40,981 bases of DNA from sequence record NC_025445.1. One strand, 5' to 3'. The DNA comes from Escherichia phage J8-65. The position numbers and the translations under genes were made by a program. Below the pieces are notes generated by a model. That model had not been told where the DNA came from. It ran no database searches and saw only the letters and a list, made by a program, of their open reading frames with translations. Positions 24,972 to 33,948 of this stretch are shown here, in pieces (the first letter of the stretch is position 1; each line of letters starts with the position of its first letter).

Positions 24972-27415
24972 TGCCAGTTTACCAAGGCTCGTATAAATCC
25001 ATCCTCGGCGGCGTAAGCCAGCAGGTCTATACTGACCGACAGCTATCGCAGGTTGAGGAACAGGTCAACATGACCTCCGATACCGTTCGTGGCCTGCGCA
25101 AGCGCCCCGGCACTCGCCTAAGTCGTGACGTAAGTTCGACCAACGCGACTGTATGGAGCCTTGGAAATTTTGGCCACCTCCGGTTCTACACCACTAACTT
25201 AGGGTGGGGGATTACCACGTTCATCGTTAACACGAAGACCGGGTACGTGACCTCCATTGTAGAGACAGAGACTGTCCAGTTCATGGGGCAGTCGAATTAT
25301 CTCATCGCAAATAACCCCGACGACATTGTATTCACGACCGTGGGCAACACCATGTACGTTGCCAACTGTTCCAAGCTGCCCGTGCTAATCGAGAACGAAA
25401 CGCGAATGAATCCGGGTCGCCGGGGTTACTATTTCGTGCTGGCTGGTTCCTATGGGAAGCAGTACACAGTGCGCGTACAGACCACGCTCGGTGCCGTGAG
25501 CGCAACGTACACGACGCCCAATGCAGACCAGACCAGTGCGTCTGACCATGCAACGCCAGAGTACATCATCAGCCAGCTCAAGTCTCAGCTCGACGCCGCT
25601 GTGGGTGGTGCTTCTGGTCTTGAGATTGTTCAGGCTGATGGTGCGTACCTGTACCTGCAATGCACTGAGGCTGCGGCAGATATGAACGTGTCAACCTCGA
25701 CAGGTTCAACGTACGCCATTGCATCCAACACCCACACTGTAGACCTGACCACAAAGCTCCCGGCGAGACTGCCTGCGGCGGCGGGTGGGTTCATCATGAC
25801 TGTGGGCGACGCCAGCTTCGCTCAATACTTCCAGTGGAGTTACAATGACTCGCGCTGGGTTGAGAAAGGTGCCTACGGTTCCCCGACCGGGATTAACCCA
25901 AGCACCATGCCGCTGGTGTTCAAGACCTCCGCTACCACGAATCAGCACACTTTCGCTCAGGGTAGCTGGCCGGGCCGCTTGGCTGGTGATGACCTGACCA
26001 ATGCCATCCCTGCATTCACCGATGCGAATGGTGTGGGTATCACTGGCTTGGCCTCGTTCCAAGGTCGCCTGATTGTATTTAGCGGCCCGTACATCACAAT
26101 GGGTTCCAGCAACAAGGACGACCGGAACAACTTCTTCCGCACCACTGTTACGCAGGTGCTGGACGATGACCGCATTGAGTTCACAGCATCCAGCTTCGCC
26201 GGGGCTTCGTTCCGGTACGGGGTGCCGTTCAACTCTGACCTGATTCTGGCCAGTGAGGAACACCAAGCTGTCATCCCCGGACGCAACCAAATCCTGACGC
26301 CGAACAACGCCACCGCCGTGTTGACCTCGACGTACCAGATGGACACCGGGGTATCGCCGACCACCTCTGGCCGCAGCCTGTATTATTCGTACCCGCGCTC
26401 GAACAGCTCGTTCTCCGTCAAGGAGATGCTGCCGTCCGGTTACACGGATTTGCAGTACGTGAGTCAGGACGTGACCGACCACCTGCCGACTTATCTGGAA
26501 GGAGCTAACAGCTACATCTCTGCCAGCACCACGAACAACATCGTCGTGTTCGGCTCGACCACTGAGAAGTCCACGCTATACGTGAACGAGTACCTCTGGT
26601 CAGGCGATGAGAAGGTGCTGTCGTCTTGGCATCGCTGGGAGCTATACGGCACCATCCACGCCGCATGGTTCGTCCGTGAGGTTCTGGTTGTGCTGGTTGA
26701 GCAGCAGGGCCACATGAACATGCTCACGCTGTCCATGCGAGATTCTCCAGACCCGACTGACCCGACGCGTTTCCTCCCGGCAACGGATTACAGCCAGCTC
26801 ATGACTGTGACCAACCCGGCGACGGACAGCTCGTACATCCAGTTCGCGGCTGACGGAATCCAGAAAGCGCTGTGGGATATCATCCAAGCCCGGTATCTGG
26901 CTGATGGCAACTGGGATTTCATGACCACGGTTGTGCCGTCCGGCCAGTACATCGGTGCCGAGGTTGGTATCAAGTCCATCGACACTGCGAACCGACGTGT
27001 GTACCTGCAACCTTCGTACGGCAGCACATCGCTGTATGTGGGCCTGCGATTCACTGCAACGTTCAGCCCTACGCCGCCGAGAATCTTCAACGGCGACGGT
27101 TCGTATATGGACGTGAATAAGATGGTCATCATGCACTACAACTTCACGTTGCGGTACACGAGCCTCTTCACCATCACGGCCAGTGACCGTGGGGCGTACT
27201 CCGCACTGAACATCATCTCCAGCCCGATTCGGTACACGAGTCAGGAGCTGGGTCTGGAGTCAGCAACTCTGGCGAAGCGTGCGCACCTCAAAGTGCGTAT
27301 GGGTCTGGAGGTTGAGTCCAGCAGCATGGTGGTCACGTCCACTACGGCAGGCGACCTGAACATTCAAGGTTTAGGTTATTACATCAAGTTCTATAACAAG
27401 GTTCGGAGAATTTAA
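24971..27415 (+). CDS. tail tubular protein B (814 aa)
   Basis: size (T7 gp12 ~794 aa) and position. Confidence 0.8.
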   Translation: MPVYQGSYKSILGGVSQQVYTDRQLSQVEEQVNMTSDTVRGLRKRPGTRLSRDVSSTNATVWSLGNFGHLRFYTTNLGWGITTFIVNTKTGYVTSIVETETVQFMGQSNYLIANNPDDIVFTTVGNTMYVANCSKLPVLIENETRMNPGRRGYYFVLAGSYGKQYTVRVQTTLGAVSATYTTPNADQTSASDHATPEYIISQLKSQLDAAVGGASGLEIVQADGAYLYLQCTEAAADMNVSTSTGSTYAIASNTHTVDLTTKLPARLPAAAGGFIMTVGDASFAQYFQWSYNDSRWVEKGAYGSPTGINPSTMPLVFKTSATTNQHTFAQGSWPGRLAGDDLTNAIPAFTDANGVGITGLASFQGRLIVFSGPYITMGSSNKDDRNNFFRTTVTQVLDDDRIEFTASSFAGASFRYGVPFNSDLILASEEHQAVIPGRNQILTPNNATAVLTSTYQMDTGVSPTTSGRSLYYSYPRSNSSFSVKEMLPSGYTDLQYVSQDVTDHLPTYLEGANSYISASTTNNIVVFGSTTEKSTLYVNEYLWSGDEKVLSSWHRWELYGTIHAAWFVREVLVVLVEQQGHMNMLTLSMRDSPDPTDPTRFLPATDYSQLMTVTNPATDSSYIQFAADGIQKALWDIIQARYLADGNWDFMTTVVPSGQYIGAEVGIKSIDTANRRVYLQPSYGSTSLYVGLRFTATFSPTPPRIFNGDGSYMDVNKMVIMHYNFTLRYTSLFTITASDRGAYSALNIISSPIRYTSQELGLESATLAKRAHLKVRMGLEVESSSMVVTSTTAGDLNIQGLGYYIKFYNKVRRI

Positions 27416-27416
27416 T

Positions 27417-28151
27417 ATGGGTTGGGCTGTCTTCGCCAAAGCTGGTGCTGACGCCACGAACTCTTTCATTACCACGTATGCGCAAGGACGCGCTGAGCGT
27501 GCGCAGATGAAAGCTGTGCAAGCCGAGAATGAGCGGCTGAACAAGCAGACGTGGCAAGCAATGGGCCAGCGTATCAATACCGTCAACCTCCAGCGTGGGC
27601 TGCTCCGGCAGCAGACTGGCACCGACCTGTACAACATCAACAAGGAAGCGAACCGCGCAGCCGGGGCGAGCATCAACAACGCCGCCGCTGCCGGGATTGA
27701 AGGTGCGTCGGTCGATGAGGCGGTTACGGATATCAACCGACAGAATCAGGAAAGCCAAGCGCAGACCAGATTCAATGAGCAGGTTCAGGAGATGAACCTT
27801 GACACCAGCATTGAGGATATCGTGAACACGGCTGTGGCCGCTCAGCGCTACTCTCAGAAACCAGCAAGCAACAGTGTTATCCTTGGCCGCGCCATCGGCG
27901 TGTCGGCAATGCAGTTCGCGTCCAGCCTTGCGCAGACGAGTTTCAACTACATGCCTACTGAGGGTGCCAAAGGTGCTGGTACGACTGGTGGCTCAGGTGC
28001 TACGGCATCGACGTTCGACAATCTCGGAACGTCTGCCAGTTACAGCACCACCAATTGGATGCAGAAGGCCGGGGAGTTTAACCCTGTGCCAGCGCAGTAT
28101 GATTCTAATCGTTACTTGGGCTATGGCTCTGGTAACATCTTTGGGAGCTAA
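27417..28151 (+). CDS. internal virion protein A (244 aa)
   Basis: position after tail tubular B; Gln/Ala-rich. Confidence 0.65.
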   Translation: MGWAVFAKAGADATNSFITTYAQGRAERAQMKAVQAENERLNKQTWQAMGQRINTVNLQRGLLRQQTGTDLYNINKEANRAAGASINNAAAAGIEGASVDEAVTDINRQNQESQAQTRFNEQVQEMNLDTSIEDIVNTAVAAQRYSQKPASNSVILGRAIGVSAMQFASSLAQTSFNYMPTEGAKGAGTTGGSGATASTFDNLGTSASYSTTNWMQKAGEFNPVPAQYDSNRYLGYGSGNIFGS

Positions 28152-28153
28152 TC

Positions 28154-30850
28154 ATGGCAACTATGCGTGACCAGCGTGGCGCTAACCTTAACGCTGCGCA
28201 GCAGGGCGTACCAAATGTGCAGCAGGCTCAGACTCCGTTCAGTCTCGCAGGCCGCGATACTCGCATTGACACGTTTCCTACTGAGTCCATCCAGCGCATC
28301 ATGAACATGGCCAGCAATCTCGCTGGTCAGGTTACTGAGCGTGCGGTTGAGGAAGAGTATCTGAAAGGTGCGAACGCGGCAGCGTCCGGCCAAGCTGTGG
28401 AGGATTTGGACTCCAACTGGCTGACTGCCGAGTTCCACAAGGCTGGTTATAACGACCAGTACAAGCGTATGCAGATGGCGCAGGCTGCCTCTGATATCTC
28501 GGCCAACATGACCGAGTACGCGAAAATGTCTCCGCAGGACTTCCTGAAAGTCGTTGACCAGAAGACGCAGAGCATCTTCAACAACACTGATGGCATGACC
28601 ATGAATGGTCGTAGGTCGCTGCTGGAGAACCAGCTCACGTTCAGCAATACGCTGATTCGTACGCAGGCTGCTCAGCACGGCAAATACCTGATTGAGCAGC
28701 GTGCTTCTATGTACAATGCGCAGGGTAATACTCTCGTTACTCTGGCGGCTCAGGCTAAGGCAACGGGCGACGGCGGCGCGTACGCTAACGCCACGGCTGC
28801 AACGATGGCATGGGCCAAATCCATTCTGGCCGATGAGAAGCTGCCGCTGGAAACCCGGCGTACTCAAGTCGTGTCCATGATGAGCAACATGCTGTCACAA
28901 GACCTCCGCACCCCGGTGGAGACCGCCGTTAACTCCGGGATGTTCAACGATTTGCCTGCTGATGATTTGGCCAAACTTCAAGGCCAGATTCGTGAATCGA
29001 AGAACCGCACCGAGGTTCAGGACAACATGGGATTGCTGGAGCAGTACGGCCAGCTCAATGCACGTCAGGCAGTCTTCGGAGATGTAGACCCTAAGACGTA
29101 CACTGGCATCCTCCAGCAGCTCGCAGATAACAAGCTCATATCTGCGTCCGGCTACAGCTCTGCTATCGAGGGCTACTACAAGGACTACGCCAAGCAAGCG
29201 AAGGCCAACCAGCTCGGTCAGGCATACGCCACAGGGAACCAGACGTACATGCTCCAGCAGGGCGCGAGCGAACAGGATGGTGCCGACGCATTCATCAAAG
29301 CTCGCATGAAGCAGCCGGGCGCGACGGCAAGCTCCGTGGCATTCGACCTGCTGCAAGTTGGCGCACAGACTGGCTTCCCTTCTGCGTATAAGTCTGCTGC
29401 CAAGCTGATTGAGCCAGCCCTGTCGAACTTCGGCACCGTGGACGAGATGAACCCTGATGCCGCCGCTACCGTGACCGGGCTGATTGACCGCGTAACTGTG
29501 GCAGAGAATCAGGGTGACAAGACCGCATGGACGAAACTACTGTCTGGTCTGTCCGAAGAAAACCAAGAGAAGATGGTGTACATGCGCGAGCAGATTAAGG
29601 CTGGCCGTACCATCAACCAAGCGGGTCAGGGTTACATTAAGCAGCAGCAGGATTACGCTGGCTTAACCCCAGCTCAGAAATCCCAAATCCTCACTCAGCG
29701 TCAATCTGACGTTAACAGTGTGGTAGGCTCCCTTGAAGCACAGGGCTTCCTCTCTCGCACTTGGCAAGGTCTGGCTGGTCTGTTCTCAGACACTCAGCGC
29801 AACCTGTTCCAAGCTCGCGTCGCATCTGGTGACATTACTGCTGCGCAGGAAATGTCGGAGGTGTCTGCCGCGTACCGCGAAGAGTTGCAGGCTGTCGTGC
29901 TCAAGAACCCGAACATCACGAAAGACGGTATGGAAGCTCTCGCGTCTGCGAAGCTGGCCAACCGCGTGCTGCGTGTGGGTGAGTCTACTTTCAGCCCCGG
30001 CAGTGTGCTTATCGCTCCGAGAAACCAAACTGTTCAGTCTATGCTTGGCTTGCCTGCTGACGTGGCACCAGACCGTATCGGTCGTGCTATCGCCTCACTT
30101 GACCAGAGCAAGGCACCAGAAGGTTTCGAGACGTCGTACTCGTTTATGCCCGATGGTTCGCTCAACGTTCAATACTTCAACAAGACAGGTGACGTATCTC
30201 CGAACAGCTACCGGATTACTCCGCAGGCTATTCAGGAACGCATCCGTGAAGATGACCGGGCGGCGGCCACCGCGAACAACGAAGTCTACGGCGACGGGAA
30301 ACTCTTTGTCGATAAGAACAGCAACATCGGTATCCGCGTCAACGGTGTCAATACCGCTGGTGTGGAAGAATCCTACATGTTGCAGGCTCGTGGCAAGCTG
30401 ATTGAGTTCGAGGGTATCCGTAACCAGACGTACCGTGACAGCACAGGCGTCCAGACCAACGGCGTCGGCATCTCTAACCGCAGCCCGTACTTTGCAGAAG
30501 GTCAGGCTTCCGGTATGAAGGGTGGCACGGAGTGGTCTCCGCGCACCATCCACGACACGTTCGTGAACCACACGAATATGGTTGCCCGGCAGATGCCCGG
30601 TCAGGCAGCGGCGCTCGGTTGGAGTCGTGACAAAGACGCTCAGTTCCAGTTCATGATGCAGATGGGCTATCAGGCTGGCACCGACTGGTATCGCTCTGGC
30701 GGTGCTTACGGCAAGCTGGCTGATGCAATCCGCGTCGGCGACCGGGAGCAGGCGTTGCAGGCACTGTCCAACACCCCGGCGTTCAAGCTGTCTCAGGATG
30801 ACCGCAAGCAGTATTACATCCAAACTCTACTCGCAGGTATGCAGGAATGA
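28154..30850 (+). CDS. internal virion protein B with C-terminal lysozyme-like domain (898 aa)
   Basis: C-terminal ~150 aa (FQFMMQMGYQAGTDW...REQALQAL...) parallels the T4-lysozyme C-lobe. Confidence 0.75.
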   Translation: MATMRDQRGANLNAAQQGVPNVQQAQTPFSLAGRDTRIDTFPTESIQRIMNMASNLAGQVTERAVEEEYLKGANAAASGQAVEDLDSNWLTAEFHKAGYNDQYKRMQMAQAASDISANMTEYAKMSPQDFLKVVDQKTQSIFNNTDGMTMNGRRSLLENQLTFSNTLIRTQAAQHGKYLIEQRASMYNAQGNTLVTLAAQAKATGDGGAYANATAATMAWAKSILADEKLPLETRRTQVVSMMSNMLSQDLRTPVETAVNSGMFNDLPADDLAKLQGQIRESKNRTEVQDNMGLLEQYGQLNARQAVFGDVDPKTYTGILQQLADNKLISASGYSSAIEGYYKDYAKQAKANQLGQAYATGNQTYMLQQGASEQDGADAFIKARMKQPGATASSVAFDLLQVGAQTGFPSAYKSAAKLIEPALSNFGTVDEMNPDAAATVTGLIDRVTVAENQGDKTAWTKLLSGLSEENQEKMVYMREQIKAGRTINQAGQGYIKQQQDYAGLTPAQKSQILTQRQSDVNSVVGSLEAQGFLSRTWQGLAGLFSDTQRNLFQARVASGDITAAQEMSEVSAAYREELQAVVLKNPNITKDGMEALASAKLANRVLRVGESTFSPGSVLIAPRNQTVQSMLGLPADVAPDRIGRAIASLDQSKAPEGFETSYSFMPDGSLNVQYFNKTGDVSPNSYRITPQAIQERIREDDRAAATANNEVYGDGKLFVDKNSNIGIRVNGVNTAGVEESYMLQARGKLIEFEGIRNQTYRDSTGVQTNGVGISNRSPYFAEGQASGMKGGTEWSPRTIHDTFVNHTNMVARQMPGQAAALGWSRDKDAQFQFMMQMGYQAGTDWYRSGGAYGKLADAIRVGDREQALQALSNTPAFKLSQDDRKQYYIQTLLAGMQE

Positions 30851-33800
30851 TTACACAAGAATCGCTCGACAAGTTCATGGCTCCCAAGCAGGGGGCCAAC
30901 GCCCCTACGCTGGTGATTCCAGCTCCCGTAAAAGCTGAGACGCTCAGCACTCCACTGCAAGATGCCACTCGTCAGGGTGCCGTTGAGCAGTTCGAAAAGA
31001 TGCAGGAACTGGAAGCCACTCCGATTGCCACGGCGTTGAGCGCTTCTGTGAAGAACTGGGATACCACTCAGCTCTTTGATGCCGCCTTCAACAAGCCTAC
31101 TTTTCAGGCTGACCCTAACTTCAAGCCCAATGAGGCATTGCAGCAGGTTCAGTTCCCGATTGGTGAAGACGACAGAACCTTCCTGTTTAAATCCAAATCT
31201 ATGGACGAGTTCAACTGGCGTACGCAGCAGCTCCAAGAGATGCGCGAGCGTACCCAGTTGGCTCAAACTGCCCCGGTGATGAACGCGGTTCTGCAATTTG
31301 CTGACCCGCTGTACCTCGCCACCGACCTGCTCTCGATGGGAGCAGGCACTGCCCTGAAACTTGGTCGCCTCGGAACCGCCGCTGTCGGTGCAGCTTCAAC
31401 TGCTGCTGCTATGACAGCGGTGGGTAATGAAGCACGCCCAGTGTCTCAGAACGAAATCATCTTCGCGGCTGCCCTGCACGGGGCGGCCACCACTGCATTC
31501 TATCGCCCGGCCCCGGTACAGCGCTCGCTGGCCGATATGTCGCCGGAGGAATTTGCAGCGGAGATGCAGCGACGTAATGGTATTGACCCGAACAACCCGC
31601 CGCAGTTTGACCCGGAGAATGCTATGGCTCCGCTGGCCATGTCGCTGGGCTTCGGTGGTCGTCGTGGCGCTATGGAGGTGGATGAGGTTCCTGAGTCTAT
31701 CCGAGCCACCGCACAGCGCGGCCTTGACCTCGCACGCCGTGGTGAGCAGACAAACCCCAAACGCCCATTCCTTGAGTGGTCTCTGTTCAAGACGTTCAGC
31801 CAACACTCGGACGAATCCAGTGCCCTCGCCGGGCGTCTGCTGGATGACCCGTTGAACCCCAACATGACCTCCGCTGCGTCTATTCAGCGCGAGACTCAGG
31901 CTCGCTTCGGCGTGCTGCTGAACCAGTATGAGGACACACTGCGCCACGCCCTGAACACGGATGGCTGGACTAACGTGCGTCGATTCGTTGACCCGGTAGG
32001 CTATCGCCGTGCTCAGCAGGAGTTCGAGCAGGCAGTTCGACTTGAGCTGGACAGACGTATGATTGACCCTAACTTCAAAGGGGCCAATGCTAACGTGGCG
32101 CAAGCTGCTGACAGACTGGGTGAATACTCGCGTGCTGTTGGCCGGGAGCTGGAGGCTAAGGGCATGGTTGAGCCGGGCTTCGTCGAGAAGAACCCGTACT
32201 ACTACCCGCGCCGGATGAACGTGACCAAGGTTGAGCAGGCTGAGCAACTGCTCGGTAAGAAAGCCTTCATGAAGCAAATGACCACTGCTGTGCAGCGCGG
32301 TATCGGCTCTGACCGTCCTACTGCCAACGTCATTGCACATGCGATGGTAGAGCGTGCTCGCCGTAAGGGTTACGGTATCGACAACTCCGGTCACATCATC
32401 AACAAGGAGGGCCGCGATGAGCTGCTCGAAATCATCAACAACGCGAAGGGATTCGACGAGGCTGCCAAGGCCCGTGCGTCAGCACTCCTTCGTGAAGCCG
32501 GAGAGGATTCTGGTAGAGCGCCAATGCTTAAAGCGCGTATCAACATTGATATGATGCACCAGCTTGGCCCTAACTTGCAGGTGCGTGACCTGTTCGATGA
32601 CAGTATCGCCAGCATGATGGACAGCTACAACCGCCGCATTACGGGGCGACTGGCTCTGCATGAGGCTGGTTTGGGTACTGACGCCGAACGCGCCGCAGCT
32701 CGTGAGGCTCTGGCCAAATCTATCCCGGACGGCAATGCGCGTCGTCAGGCTCTCGACCAATATGACAACATCATCAGCTATTACATGGGTGCGCCCGTAG
32801 GTGAAGAGATGCCGCAGTTCATGCGCCAGCTCTCCGCGCTGACACAGGCCACTGGTTTGGCTGCTTCTGGTTTGTGGCAGTTGGTCGAATACGGTACGAT
32901 GATGCAACGTTTCGGGGCGGTCAATACATTTCGCGCCATGATGCGTACAGTTCCCGAAGCACGGGCACTATTTAAGCAGATGCGAGCATCTACAGTGGAA
33001 GGACGCCAATTGGCTCTCGACACTGAGGAAGCTCTTACGGCTGCTGTGGCGAGCGATATTCGTATGCGTCCTATCATGCAGCACTACGACGATATGTTCT
33101 CTGCGGATAAGTCTCCGTGGGTTATGCGTATGGAACACCTGCGTGACGCCACGATGTTCATCAACATGCAGAAATACATCCACTTCCATCAGACCCGCAC
33201 CAACGCCGCACTGGTTATGCAGACGCTGCGTAAGGCTGCCGAGGGTGATGCGAAGGCTATCGCTGCCATGAAAACTTACGGTGCTAACGACCAGCTACTG
33301 GCCGATATCCGCAAGGAAGTTGGCAAGTCCGGCACCAAGCCGGATGCGTGGGATGAAGGTGTATTCAACCGCTCCCGCATTGTCATGATGAACGCTATGG
33401 ATGACGCTATCGTACGCGCCCGTGTGGGCGAGCTGCCTGCATTCGCTGAGTTCAGTACCCTCGGTAAGTTCCTGTTTACGTTCCGTCGATTCGTCGCGGC
33501 AACGCACAACAAGACGCTGGTGGGTACTTGGAACCGTGAAGGTGCCCGTGGACTGGCTACGCTTATGGCTTACCAGTATCCGCTGGCAATGATGGCTACG
33601 GCTGCGAACAATGTTATCTCTGGCAAAGGCTTCGACGATAAGCGACCTATTGGTGCGCTGGCTGGTCAAGCACTGAACTATCTCGGTGCCATTGGCTTCG
33701 CCTCCGAGTTCACTGGTGTCCTGACTGGACAGCAGCGCAGCTTCGGTGCGCCGGGTCTGCTGTTCCTTGACCGCATGTACGGTATTGCTGGCGCAACTGC

Positions 33801-33948
33801 TGCGACTGGCGGTTCCCTGCTGTCGGGTGATATTGACCAAGCTGGGCATGATGCTCGCAAAGCTGCGGGTAACATCATTCAAGCACTTCCCCTCATTTCC
33901 ATTGTGCCGGGTGTCCGAGCACTCAACGAAGCAGTTAAGGGCGAATAA
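30847..33948 (+). CDS. internal virion protein C (1033 aa)
   Basis: largest structural ORF, position as T7 gp16-like ejection protein. Confidence 0.7.
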   Translation: MITQESLDKFMAPKQGANAPTLVIPAPVKAETLSTPLQDATRQGAVEQFEKMQELEATPIATALSASVKNWDTTQLFDAAFNKPTFQADPNFKPNEALQQVQFPIGEDDRTFLFKSKSMDEFNWRTQQLQEMRERTQLAQTAPVMNAVLQFADPLYLATDLLSMGAGTALKLGRLGTAAVGAASTAAAMTAVGNEARPVSQNEIIFAAALHGAATTAFYRPAPVQRSLADMSPEEFAAEMQRRNGIDPNNPPQFDPENAMAPLAMSLGFGGRRGAMEVDEVPESIRATAQRGLDLARRGEQTNPKRPFLEWSLFKTFSQHSDESSALAGRLLDDPLNPNMTSAASIQRETQARFGVLLNQYEDTLRHALNTDGWTNVRRFVDPVGYRRAQQEFEQAVRLELDRRMIDPNFKGANANVAQAADRLGEYSRAVGRELEAKGMVEPGFVEKNPYYYPRRMNVTKVEQAEQLLGKKAFMKQMTTAVQRGIGSDRPTANVIAHAMVERARRKGYGIDNSGHIINKEGRDELLEIINNAKGFDEAAKARASALLREAGEDSGRAPMLKARINIDMMHQLGPNLQVRDLFDDSIASMMDSYNRRITGRLALHEAGLGTDAERAAAREALAKSIPDGNARRQALDQYDNIISYYMGAPVGEEMPQFMRQLSALTQATGLAASGLWQLVEYGTMMQRFGAVNTFRAMMRTVPEARALFKQMRASTVEGRQLALDTEEALTAAVASDIRMRPIMQHYDDMFSADKSPWVMRMEHLRDATMFINMQKYIHFHQTRTNAALVMQTLRKAAEGDAKAIAAMKTYGANDQLLADIRKEVGKSGTKPDAWDEGVFNRSRIVMMNAMDDAIVRARVGELPAFAEFSTLGKFLFTFRRFVAATHNKTLVGTWNREGARGLATLMAYQYPLAMMATAANNVISGKGFDDKRPIGALAGQALNYLGAIGFASEFTGVLTGQQRSFGAPGLLFLDRMYGIAGATAATGGSLLSGDIDQAGHDARKAAGNIIQALPLISIVPGVRALNEAVKGE

